Part shown: in pieces, positions 18,423 to 27,002 of the stretch
How positions within the stretch are numbered: position 1 is the stretch's first letter
How the letters are laid out: each line of letters opens with the position of its first letter
NCBI GenBank assembly: GCA_036517215.1
Contig: DATDXF010000016.1
Coordinates: 3,175 to 67,174 of the forward strand
Direction of reading: 5' to 3'
Length of the DNA: 64,000 nucleotides
DNA from: Minisyncoccota bacterium
GTDB lineage: Bacteria; Patescibacteriota; Minisyncoccia; Phycocordibacterales; UBA9973
Position numbers and translations under genes: made by a program
The notes under the pieces: generated by a model
Database searches by the model: none
Seen by the model: only the letters and a program-made list of their open reading frames with translations
Told to the model about the DNA's origin: nothing

Positions 18423-20542
18423 ATAAGTGAATTACTCTTTAATTTTTTATAAAATTTTTTTCGCTTTTTAAATTGATGATTGAGAAATTCTATCTTCTCG
18501 TCGTGAAAATCAATAATTTGTTTTATGCCTTCTCCGCGAAGTCTGCCGATATATTGTACCAGTTTTCCTTCAAACGAAAATGGAAATGCAAGCACTATCG
18601 TATCAACGCCGTGCACATCAAATCCCTCGCCGAGCAGTTGTCCGGTGGCAAGGAGCACTTGAAAGTTGCCTGCTTTAATTTGGTCAAATTTTATCTTTCT
18701 GGAACGCGCGCTATCGTCGCCAGAAACAGTAATGATTTCGGTTTCACCCCGCAGATATAAGTTGAGTATTTCAATATGTTCTTTGCGCTCGGTAAGCACC
18801 AGGACTTTTCTTTTTGATTTTATTTCCCTAAGAATTGCTTGTACCACCAATTCATTTCTCGCAGAGTCAAACGAAATCACTTTTGCAAGTGCTTCATAGT
18901 GATCTATTTTATAGCGAAACGGCAGAGTGATTTTTGTCGGATGAATGCTTACCTCAAATGTTTTGTTGTCTGACATATTAAAAGATTTTATTTCAGCAAT
19001 AACTGGTCCAATCATAAACTCAGTAATTTTTTCGCTTCCATATTTTCGTTCATGAGTTGCTGTAAGTCCAAAGCAATATCTGCTTTCCAGTAACATAATC
19101 AATTCCCTGTATGTTTTTGCGGGAATGTGATGACACTCGTCAATAATTATTACACCGAAGGAATTCTTAATTTCTTTTAAGTTTTTATATCTCATAAGAC
19201 TTTGTAGTGTAGCAATTGTGACTTGTTTTCCAATCTTTTTTCGTGTCCCCGAAATCGTCCCAATCTGCGTTTTTGGAATGCCTAAAAATTGTTCTGTGCG
19301 TTCAACCCACTGGGAAAGCAGTTGATTTCGATTTACAAGAATAAGTGCGGGTAATTCGAGGCGCGCTATGATTTCTAGGGCAATGACAGTCTTTCCAAAT
19401 CCGGGCGGCGAGACAATAATGCCATTTGTTTTATTTTTAATAATTTCAAGTATTTTTTCTTGTTCTTTTCGAAGTGTAATACTGCTCTTAAACTTTATAA
19501 CTTTATGTTTTTTATATTCTTCTATGACTTTATAAGTAATATTTTTCTCTTTAAGGTAATTTGTCAGTTTTTCAAGAAAACCTCTGGGAAGCGAGATCTC
19601 ATCCGTGCGATCTTGTATTAAGTTGAAATATTTTTCTATGCCAAATACGGATTTACCCAGTTTCTTTTTTGTAGCATATTCCTTGTTAAAAAGATTAAGC
19701 TCTTCTTTTATAAATGAACTAATTACTGATGAAATTTCCTGCTTCTTAATCCGTATCGAGCCATCCAAAACAATATGTACGCAAGAATTATTCAGTGGTT
19801 GTTCATCAGTACCACTGTGTGCAAATAAAAAATCATAAACAGAATCTAATTCTTGAGCCGTGTGTTTATGGCTTGTTTTTAAAAATTCCCATTGATTATG
19901 GTATGGGTTAAAGTTATCATAAAAATAAAATAAAGAAGCATTATGCTTTACGCATTCGCCCTGAAGCGGTAATGCGATTAAATTGCCAAACCCGCCTTCA
20001 GTTATAGTATCTTGGTTTGGAAATAACCGATCAAAACTAACTTCTTTTGCAAATTCAGAATAACCAAAAACCTTTCTTATGATTTCCAGCAAAATAGCTC
20101 GTGACTTCCAGCATGGATATTTTTCTTCAAAGAAAATCCACACGTGGGCGCCATTTCCTGAGCGGGAAATTTCTGTATATGCTTTTAGATTTAGGTTAAT
20201 GCATGCACTCATAAATTTCTGGCTGTCAGTTTTCCAGTCTGCCTCATCAAAATCAGCAACAATAAAATAAGAAGTATTGTCAGGAAGTATTGGATATATG
20301 CCAATAGTTTCTTTGCCTAAAAAATGATTTAGTAAAGTCTCGTCCGTAAGTGGAATTAATTTTTTATTTTCAAAATCTTTTATTGTTCCACCCCTTGCCC
20401 TGTGAGCATTGAACTCATTCCAATCAAAGGAGTACGCGGGAGACCAGCCGCTTTTATCATTTTTTTGCCACCGTCTGGCATAAACATCAGTACGAGCATT
20501 AAAAAGATTATGGTAAATGGTCAGCTTTTCTTGGTTCGTCAT
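18419..20542 (-). CDS. Fusion protein: N-terminal archaeo-eukaryotic Prim-Pol domain + C-terminal SF2 (ResIII/DEAH-type) helicase
   Basis: AEP motifs I (FIVADFDEADW), II (SGNGAHVWIFF), III (FDRLFPNQ...GNLIALP); then Walker A PPGFGKT, DECHH, LTAT, HELICc-like QYIGRLRGEG; stop overlaps recQ start (4-nt). Confidence 0.7.
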   Translation of the reverse strand: MTNQEKLTIYHNLFNARTDVYARRWQKNDKSGWSPAYSFDWNEFNAHRARGGTIKDFENKKLIPLTDETLLNHFLGKETIGIYPILPDNTSYFIVADFDEADWKTDSQKFMSACINLNLKAYTEISRSGNGAHVWIFFEEKYPCWKSRAILLEIIRKVFGYSEFAKEVSFDRLFPNQDTITEGGFGNLIALPLQGECVKHNASLFYFYDNFNPYHNQWEFLKTSHKHTAQELDSVYDFLFAHSGTDEQPLNNSCVHIVLDGSIRIKKQEISSVISSFIKEELNLFNKEYATKKKLGKSVFGIEKYFNLIQDRTDEISLPRGFLEKLTNYLKEKNITYKVIEEYKKHKVIKFKSSITLRKEQEKILEIIKNKTNGIIVSPPGFGKTVIALEIIARLELPALILVNRNQLLSQWVERTEQFLGIPKTQIGTISGTRKKIGKQVTIATLQSLMRYKNLKEIKNSFGVIIIDECHHIPAKTYRELIMLLESRYCFGLTATHERKYGSEKITEFMIGPVIAEIKSFNMSDNKTFEVSIHPTKITLPFRYKIDHYEALAKVISFDSARNELVVQAILREIKSKRKVLVLTERKEHIEILNLYLRGETEIITVSGDDSARSRKIKFDQIKAGNFQVLLATGQLLGEGFDVHGVDTIVLAFPFSFEGKLVQYIGRLRGEGIKQIIDFHDEKIEFLNHQFKKRKKFYKKLKSNSLI

Positions 20543-20550
20543 ACATAATT

Positions 20551-21600
20551 TTATTTCTTCTTATACCTCGTCGTTCGTCCCTGCCCGATGCGTTCCACTT
20601 TTTTCAGCCGTAGAAGAGTATTGAGTGCTTGCGATACAGTAGGGCGTGCAACTTTAGTGACTTTTGAAATTTCACCAGGCGTTGCCTCCGGCACTTTTAA
20701 GAGATATTGCCACACTAAAAGTTGTTTCGGAGAAAGAAGTTTCTCAATATTTTCTTTTGATAATAATTCAATTGCTTGCCTTGCTTGGGTAAGTAGAGCA
20801 GTGAAAAAGAATTCAAGCCATGGCATAATATTTGAGTTGTCAGTTTTTAAAGTTTTCTGGCTTTTACGAAGAGCTATGTAATATTCCGCTTTATTGTCTT
20901 CAACTAATTTCTCATGCGAAACATATGGCATATATGCATAGCCGGCCTTGAGCATCATTAAATTTGTCAGCACACGAGAAAGCCTGCCGTTACCATCTTG
21001 AAAAGGATGAATGTTTAAAAACTCTACGAGAAAGTTGCCGATAATAATGATTGGATGAATTTCTTTTATAACAACGGCTTCTCTTGTCCACTCTACCAAC
21101 TCAAGCATTTCTTTCGGCGTAAGCCACGCAGGTGTAGTATCAAATAATACGCCAATAGATTGACCAGCTTCATTCACCATTTCAACCCTGTTTTCACCTT
21201 TTTTATATTCACCTCGGTGAAGTTTATCTTTCTCAACATATTTTAAAAGTTCTTTATGAAGATGCTGAATACTGCTTTCTGAAAATGGTATCTTGTCATA
21301 AGAGTTGAATACGTTTTCAAGCAGTTCATAGTATCCTCGCACTTCCTGCTTGTCCCGATCGGTGAATTTTTGCATAGAAAGACCACGCATCATTTTTTCG
21401 ATGTCTTCATCGGAGAGCTTAGCTCCCTCGATACGAGTTGATGCACCAGTTGATGTAACTAAAACCGAACGCTTCAACCGTCCAAGTGCCTGTGGATTTA
21501 TTTCCGCTCCACCAATCCATCTGCCTTTTAATTCATCAATTTGATTGATGAATGCCCATAAATTTTGTGGTATATTTTCAATGCGTTTATTGTAGTTCAT
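20551..21600 (-). CDS. Fic/Doc family protein with C-terminal winged-HTH
   Basis: Canonical Fic motif HPFQDGNGRLSRVL; C-terminal wHTH-like segment; 8 nt upstream of Prim-Pol-helicase gene. Confidence 0.8.
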   Translation of the reverse strand: MNYNKRIENIPQNLWAFINQIDELKGRWIGGAEINPQALGRLKRSVLVTSTGASTRIEGAKLSDEDIEKMMRGLSMQKFTDRDKQEVRGYYELLENVFNSYDKIPFSESSIQHLHKELLKYVEKDKLHRGEYKKGENRVEMVNEAGQSIGVLFDTTPAWLTPKEMLELVEWTREAVVIKEIHPIIIIGNFLVEFLNIHPFQDGNGRLSRVLTNLMMLKAGYAYMPYVSHEKLVEDNKAEYYIALRKSQKTLKTDNSNIMPWLEFFFTALLTQARQAIELLSKENIEKLLSPKQLLVWQYLLKVPEATPGEISKVTKVARPTVSQALNTLLRLKKVERIGQGRTTRYKKK

Positions 21601-21713
21601 ATTTGTAATCTAATGTATTACCTATATGAGATTATATTAGATTAAGCAAACAAAAGCAAGGCTTTTTGTGGAATTTAAAATGTCTTTCAAAAAGGATATA
21701 TTTTACAATACAT

Positions 21714-22247
21714 CTAAGAGGTGCGACCCGACTGGTTCGAGTCCCAAGTATACCGCAAAATTTCGGGTAAAGAATTTCCGCCAAAAAATGCGCCCGCGCG
21801 AAGCGCGGGTGATGTGGCCGAATCCGCACCAAACCCAAACCCCGCCAGGATTTTCCACGCTCCGCGTGGCTCAAAAAGTATGGTTCGATTCAAAATTTTA
21901 AAGTTCGAACCGACTTTTTGGAACAAATGAAGATTTTCTTCATTTGTTTTTTCGTTTGCCAATTCTGCATTGGTAATATTGTCCTTTAGGAATTTTTCTG
22001 TAAGTTCGAACCGATTATGAGATTTTTTCTCAAAAGCTGATAATTTCTCTTTGAGAAGCTGTTTAGAGCTAACGAGCGCACTTTTTGCATCGCGATATTC
22101 CTCTAGTGAAAGTGCGTTCTCTAAATACGCCGACATTAGCTTCTCTATTTTAGAATCCAAAAGAGAAATTTCGGCTTTTGTGCTTTGAGAAAAAATCTCA
22201 CTCGATTGGACGGCCAACGATTGATCCTTTTTGTTTTCTTCAATCAT
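21714..22247 (-). CDS. Hypothetical coiled-coil protein (C-terminal third doubtful)
   Basis: Plausible start MIEENKK at 22245-22247; residues 1-125 look like a real coiled-coil protein; C-terminal part runs through a GC-rich hairpin/terminator region. Confidence 0.3.
   Translation of the reverse strand: MIEENKKDQSLAVQSSEIFSQSTKAEISLLDSKIEKLMSAYLENALSLEEYRDAKSALVSSKQLLKEKLSAFEKKSHNRFELTEKFLKDNITNAELANEKTNEENLHLFQKVGSNFKILNRTILFEPRGAWKILAGFGFGADSATSPALRAGAFFGGNSLPEILRYTWDSNQSGRTS
21721..21761. repeat. Right copy of imperfect direct repeat GTGCGACCCGA-[ctggttcgagtcccaa]-GTAT-accgc-AAAAT (attR-like), with T-loop-like GGTTCGAGTCC
   Basis: Direct comparison with 16590-16611; extra 16+5 nt relative to left copy. 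Confidence 0.45.
21789..21812 (-). terminator. Rho-independent terminator (CCCGCGC-TTC-GCGCGGG then ATTTTTT on minus strand)
   Basis: 7-bp GC stem, triloop, T-run; lies inside the 3' part of ORF 21714..22433. Confidence 0.5.
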
Positions 22248-22566
22248 CCATTGGCATCTAGGCACTCGTAGCCCTAGCGGAAATGCCCGAGGCGGATGCC
22301 GAGGGTGCACCTCAAAAAACTTTGCGTAATCACTAAAATATAAACATGGTATAATTTGCCCGAGACAATGTATTTTGAATTTGAATTTCTCCTGCGGGCA
22401 GAATTCTGAATCTCGCCGAATTTCAAAAAACATTCAGCCGAGGCAGGGCGAATCCATATCCCCCAAAATATTGTTTCGCCCTGCCGAATCCATTTTTAGT
22501 AATTTAATCATTTGGATTTAGCTCGAAGTAATTTCGAACTTTGTCCAGTAAACACCGCCAATTTTT

Positions 22567-23376
22567 ATGGAATTCAACTTTTTTTCAAAAAATGGAAAGA
22601 TTCTGCCTATCGCTGAAGCGACAGTATCGCTTGCGTCAATTGAGTACTCGTACGGCTTCGGAGTATACGAAACTATTCGTGTGAACAACAAGCGGCCTTC
22701 TTTTTTGGAAGATCATATTGAAAGGCTGCTTGCCTCAGCAGAGATAATTAAACTAGAGCATATTTTAACTTACGAAAACATAAAAAAATATATAGGAGAG
22801 GTAATAACACACACGAAAGAAAAAACATACAATATAAAGCTTGTGCTTATCGGGGCGCCCAAGCCCGAAGACGCCCATTTTTACATATTCGCGAGCGTGC
22901 CATTCTTCCCCGACAAGAAACTATATCGCGACGGAGTAAGCGTCATGACCACCCAATTTGAGAGAGCATACCCCCAGGCAAAAACTTTGAATATGCTCCA
23001 GAGTTATTTGGCTTACCGCGAGGCAAAAAAGAAAGGTTGCTATGACGCTATTTTGGTAAACCGGGATGGAAATATAACCGAAGGCACGCGGACAAATTTT
23101 CTGACGGTCAAAGGGAACACTATATACTCCCCCCTGGAAAAAGATATTCTCCTCGGGGTAATGAGAAAGCATGTACTCCTGGTAGCGAAAGAAAATGGTT
23201 TTTCCATCGAGGAAAGAAATATCCCGAAAAATAGCCTGAGAGAGTATGACGGGGCTTTTTTGACCAGCACCTCCGCAAAGATATTACCCGTTAGGAAAAT
23301 TGATGATTTCGAGTACGAGAAAATCCCCGAGTCTGTTTATAGACTGATTGGTTTATTCAATCAGGCAATACAATAA
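22567..23376 (+). CDS. Aminotransferase class IV (branched-chain amino acid / D-amino acid aminotransferase family)
   Basis: 269 aa; fold-type IV PLP enzyme pattern. Confidence 0.65.
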   Translation: MEFNFFSKNGKILPIAEATVSLASIEYSYGFGVYETIRVNNKRPSFLEDHIERLLASAEIIKLEHILTYENIKKYIGEVITHTKEKTYNIKLVLIGAPKPEDAHFYIFASVPFFPDKKLYRDGVSVMTTQFERAYPQAKTLNMLQSYLAYREAKKKGCYDAILVNRDGNITEGTRTNFLTVKGNTIYSPLEKDILLGVMRKHVLLVAKENGFSIEERNIPKNSLREYDGAFLTSTSAKILPVRKIDDFEYEKIPESVYRLIGLFNQAIQ

Positions 23377-23380
23377 ACTC

Positions 23381-23767
23381 CTATTTCTTAACGACTTTTT
23401 TTACGGCAGATTTTGATTTTTTTACGGTTTTAGCTGCTTGGTCAGAAACATCGCGCCATTCGTCTTTTAGCTTCTTCCCAAAAGCTTTTATGTCTTTTTC
23501 GTGCAGCTTGTACTGTTTCGCGTAATTCCTGGACACAACATCAACCGCTTTATGATACAGAGGAGGGGTCACTTCTTTTACTTTGTTGATTTCGCGTTTT
23601 ACTTCCTTCTTCATCTTATCAAAAAGGGCTTTCGCTTTCTTTTGGTGCACCTTCGCGTTCGGGCCCAAAAGGTAATAAGCTCCCGCTCCTATAGCTGCCG
23701 CCCCCGCTGCTGCGGCCATCATCCCCTTTCCCGAAATCCCGTCTTTTTTGTTTGTATTTTTGTTCAT
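23381..23767 (-). CDS. YtxH-like small protein (Gly/Ala-rich N-terminal helix, Lys-rich)
   Basis: 128 aa; MMAAAAGAAAIGAGAYYLLGP followed by lysine-rich coiled region. Confidence 0.4.
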   Translation of the reverse strand: MNKNTNKKDGISGKGMMAAAAGAAAIGAGAYYLLGPNAKVHQKKAKALFDKMKKEVKREINKVKEVTPPLYHKAVDVVSRNYAKQYKLHEKDIKAFGKKLKDEWRDVSDQAAKTVKKSKSAVKKVVKK

Positions 23768-23798
23768 AATATTAATGTGTTAATTCAAATTTTTAATC

Positions 23799-24056
23799 TT
23801 ATTTCTCTTCTTTCCTGCTTTTTCTTTTTTTCCGGAAAAAGAAATTAAAAAGCATACTGTCTCTTAAATCCGCAAGCATTTCTTTTGTCGTGTCCCCTAT
23901 CTTATCCACGCTATCCTCTATCTTATCCATAATGTCGGAAAATGTACGGGTAATGCGAATAAGATAAAAAAGTAATATTGCCGCGAGCGCCCACAGTAAA
24001 ACAAAGCCGACCGAAGATATGACAAAGAAAACTTGTGATGCTAATATGCCGTCCAT
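23799..24056 (-). CDS. Small membrane protein (DUF948-like)
   Basis: 85 aa, one N-terminal TM, charged C-terminus. Confidence 0.35.
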   Translation of the reverse strand: MDGILASQVFFVISSVGFVLLWALAAILLFYLIRITRTFSDIMDKIEDSVDKIGDTTKEMLADLRDSMLFNFFFRKKRKSRKEEK

Positions 24057-24092
24057 TATTATATTATATTACATTTAGTATATAATTCAAAC

Positions 24093-26300
24093 ATGCAATT
24101 AAGTGAAAGGCTGGAAGATAAATTCCGTTTGGATATAAACCAGAAAAAGGCGCTCCGCAAGCTGGGGCTTTTTTCTGTGGCAGACTTGTTATTCCATTTC
24201 CCTGTCAGGTATAGCGACATAAGTGAAGTAAAAAGCATAGCGGAACTACTGCCGGGCGACATGGCTACGGTTTCGGGCATTGTAACCAAACTAAAAACCA
24301 AAAAAGCTTTCCGCTCAAAGATTCCCATGGGCGAAGGCGAGATAGAAGACCTGTCCGGAAAAATAAAAATAATTTGGTTCCACCAGGCCTACCTCGCTAA
24401 AATGATAAAAAACGGCGAGAATGTAAAATTGACCGGAAAAGTCGCGGATGGTAAAAGTGGCCCGTACCTCACGAACCCGGAATTCGAAAAAATGCCCGGC
24501 ATGCCGATCGACTCGCACGACACTTTATTTAAAAGCCCCGCCCTGCCAAGGGAGGGGTTTGGGGAGGGTCTATCCTACGCAGTCTACGCGGAAACACGGG
24601 GCGTAACTTCCAAATGGTTTTATCATGCTATTGATAAAACACTAAAAGAAAAAACTCTTGATAATATTGAAGATTATATCCCGGCAGATATTCTAGCAAA
24701 ATACCACCTGCCGACTTTAAAGACCGCGCTTATATGGATACATAAGCCGAAAAACAAAAAGGACGCCGAGAGCGCGCGTAAAAGATTCGCTTTTGAAGAA
24801 GTATTTTGCATCCAGCTGGAACGCCAGCATGACAAGCATGAATACAGGAAAAATAAATCTTTCCAAATAAAACCTGCTGAAAAAGACGTGGAAGAATTCT
24901 TAAAACGCTTCCCTTTTGAGCCGACCAATTCCCAGGAAAAATCTATCGGTACCATACTCGCGGATATGTCAAAAAATTTCCCGATGTCGCGCCTGCTTGA
25001 AGGGGATGTGGGCTCCGGAAAGACAGCGGTGGCCGCAACAGCAAGCTATGTTACGGTGCGGGAACGGCCGAACGGCCAGAGCTTTGGCAATTTGCAGGTA
25101 GCGTACATGGCTCCCACGGAAATACTGGCGACCCAGCATTTTGAATCTTTTATCCAATACTTCAGTCCGCCGGCTAGCGGACTGCCCATAAACATAGGGC
25201 TTATCACTGGAAGCGGCTGCAGAAAATTTCCTTCGAAAGTAAACCCCGGCGGCTGGACCACGATTTCCCGCTCCCAGCTTTTAAAATGGGTAGCTAACGG
25301 TGAAATACCTATTTTAATAGGCACCCACGCTCTTATTCAAAAAACGGTTAAATTTAAAAATCTGGCGCTGGTGGTCATAGATGAGCAGCACCGTTTTGGA
25401 ACAGCCCAAAGACGAAAACTCGTACGCAAAGACAATATTGCCCCACACTTGCTTTCTATGACCGCCACTCCCATCCCGCGCACGCTCGCGCTTACTATCT
25501 ACGGAGACCTCGATTTATCGCTCTTGGAAGAAATGCCGGCCGGCCGGAAACCCATAATCACCGAGATAATAACTCCGCAAAAACGCGAGGAGACTTACGA
25601 AAAAATCCGCGGGGAATTAAAAGCCGGGCGTCAGCTTTACGTCATATGCCCGAGAATTTTCGAACCCGACCCGGAAAAAGAACTTGCTCTTAACGTAAAA
25701 TCCGCCGTCGCCGAAGCCAAGATATTAAAAGAAAAAGTATTTCGGGAATACGAGATAGGCGTGCTTCACAGCAAGATGAGCAAAGAAAAAAAAGAAGAAG
25801 TCATGCGGGAATTTACCGAGGGTTCCATACAGATACTGTGCGCGACTTCGGTCGTGGAGGTCGGCGTCAACGTCCCGAACGCGACTATTATCATCATAGA
25901 GGGAGCCGAGCGCTTTGGACTGGCTCAGCTACACCAACTGCGTGGACGGGTAATAAGAAGCTCGCATCAGGCGTTTTGTTATATTTTTGCCTCCCACTCC
26001 GCTAAAGCTACGAGGGACAAAGGAAGCAAAACTATACAAAGACTGCAGGCTTTAATGACTGCAAAAAACGGTTTTGAGCTTGCGGAGCTTGACCTTGCGC
26101 TCCGGGGCGCGGGTGAACTTTCCGGCACAAAGCAGTGGGGCATTACCGACCTCGGAATGGAAGCCATAAAAAACATAAAAATGGTAGAAGCTGCGCGGAC
26201 AGAAGCCGTCCGCTTGATAGAAGAAGACCCTGAGCTCGTCCGTTATCCCTTACTAAAACAAAAAACCCGCGAAAAGACGGGTGAGTTTCACTTCGAGTAA
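24093..26300 (+). CDS. recG: ATP-dependent DNA helicase RecG
   Basis: 735 aa; N-terminal wedge/OB region, Walker A GDVGSGKT, DEQHRFG, helicase C-terminal motifs. Confidence 0.85.
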   Translation: MQLSERLEDKFRLDINQKKALRKLGLFSVADLLFHFPVRYSDISEVKSIAELLPGDMATVSGIVTKLKTKKAFRSKIPMGEGEIEDLSGKIKIIWFHQAYLAKMIKNGENVKLTGKVADGKSGPYLTNPEFEKMPGMPIDSHDTLFKSPALPREGFGEGLSYAVYAETRGVTSKWFYHAIDKTLKEKTLDNIEDYIPADILAKYHLPTLKTALIWIHKPKNKKDAESARKRFAFEEVFCIQLERQHDKHEYRKNKSFQIKPAEKDVEEFLKRFPFEPTNSQEKSIGTILADMSKNFPMSRLLEGDVGSGKTAVAATASYVTVRERPNGQSFGNLQVAYMAPTEILATQHFESFIQYFSPPASGLPINIGLITGSGCRKFPSKVNPGGWTTISRSQLLKWVANGEIPILIGTHALIQKTVKFKNLALVVIDEQHRFGTAQRRKLVRKDNIAPHLLSMTATPIPRTLALTIYGDLDLSLLEEMPAGRKPIITEIITPQKREETYEKIRGELKAGRQLYVICPRIFEPDPEKELALNVKSAVAEAKILKEKVFREYEIGVLHSKMSKEKKEEVMREFTEGSIQILCATSVVEVGVNVPNATIIIIEGAERFGLAQLHQLRGRVIRSSHQAFCYIFASHSAKATRDKGSKTIQRLQALMTAKNGFELAELDLALRGAGELSGTKQWGITDLGMEAIKNIKMVEAARTEAVRLIEEDPELVRYPLLKQKTREKTGEFHFE

Positions 26301-26301
26301 A

Positions 26302-26859
26302 TTATTTATAATCCGGCTTTAGTTCTTCCTGGCCTTTCATGTGGCTGGATAGCCGCGCGAGAGCATATGCCAAGCTGGACAGACGGTTCAAGTATGCCAG
26401 AGTCGAATCGCTTATATTTATTTTTCCTTCTTCTTTGGCCGCAATCACCCTGCGCTCCGCGCGGCGAACCAAAGTGCGGCAGATATCAAGCACGGCGCTA
26501 TTTTTTGTGGCTCCGCTTATGAAAAAACTTTTTATCGGTGGCAAGATTTTTTCTATGCCGTCCACAACGCTCTCTACTCTATCAACCTTATCTTGTTCTA
26601 TTGTCATAGTGGCTCCGGCCACCTCAGCCTGCACGATGAATAAGTTTTGCTGTATTTCCAGGATAACATCGACAAAGTTAATTTTTTCCGCTCCCAGGGA
26701 AAAACTATCGCCTTCGGTTCTTGCCCGCGCGAGCCCTAGGAAAGAATTCGCTTCGTCGAGTGAGCCTAGCGCTTCAGCCACCAAGGAACTTTTGGAAATG
26801 CGCTGGTCGCATCCAAAAGTCTTGGTAGTGCCACCGTCCCCTTTTCTGGTGTAAAGCAT
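26302..26859 (-). CDS. ATP:cob(I)alamin adenosyltransferase, PduO/MMAB type
   Basis: MLYTRKGDGGTTKTFGCDQRISK...VEALGSLDEANSFLGLA matches PduO-type N-terminus. Confidence 0.75.
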   Translation of the reverse strand: MLYTRKGDGGTTKTFGCDQRISKSSLVAEALGSLDEANSFLGLARARTEGDSFSLGAEKINFVDVILEIQQNLFIVQAEVAGATMTIEQDKVDRVESVVDGIEKILPPIKSFFISGATKNSAVLDICRTLVRRAERRVIAAKEEGKINISDSTLAYLNRLSSLAYALARLSSHMKGQEELKPDYK

Positions 26860-27002
26860 GATATCTAATATTATTCTGATTCACTAAAATTGTAAATATA
26901 ACTTTTTGTAGGGGTTTTGCGAGTGGCGACGAGTAAACTTCAGGATTTTTTAAGCTTCAAAAAATCCGTACCGGAAAAAAGTTTATAGTTACAATTTTAT
27001 AG

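Noticed and set aside
21721-21910. Additional tRNA genes at the GGTTCGAGTCC / GGTTCGATTC / TTCGAACC sites
   Set aside because: Only T-loop-like heptamers are present. No acceptor, D or anticodon arms can be built.
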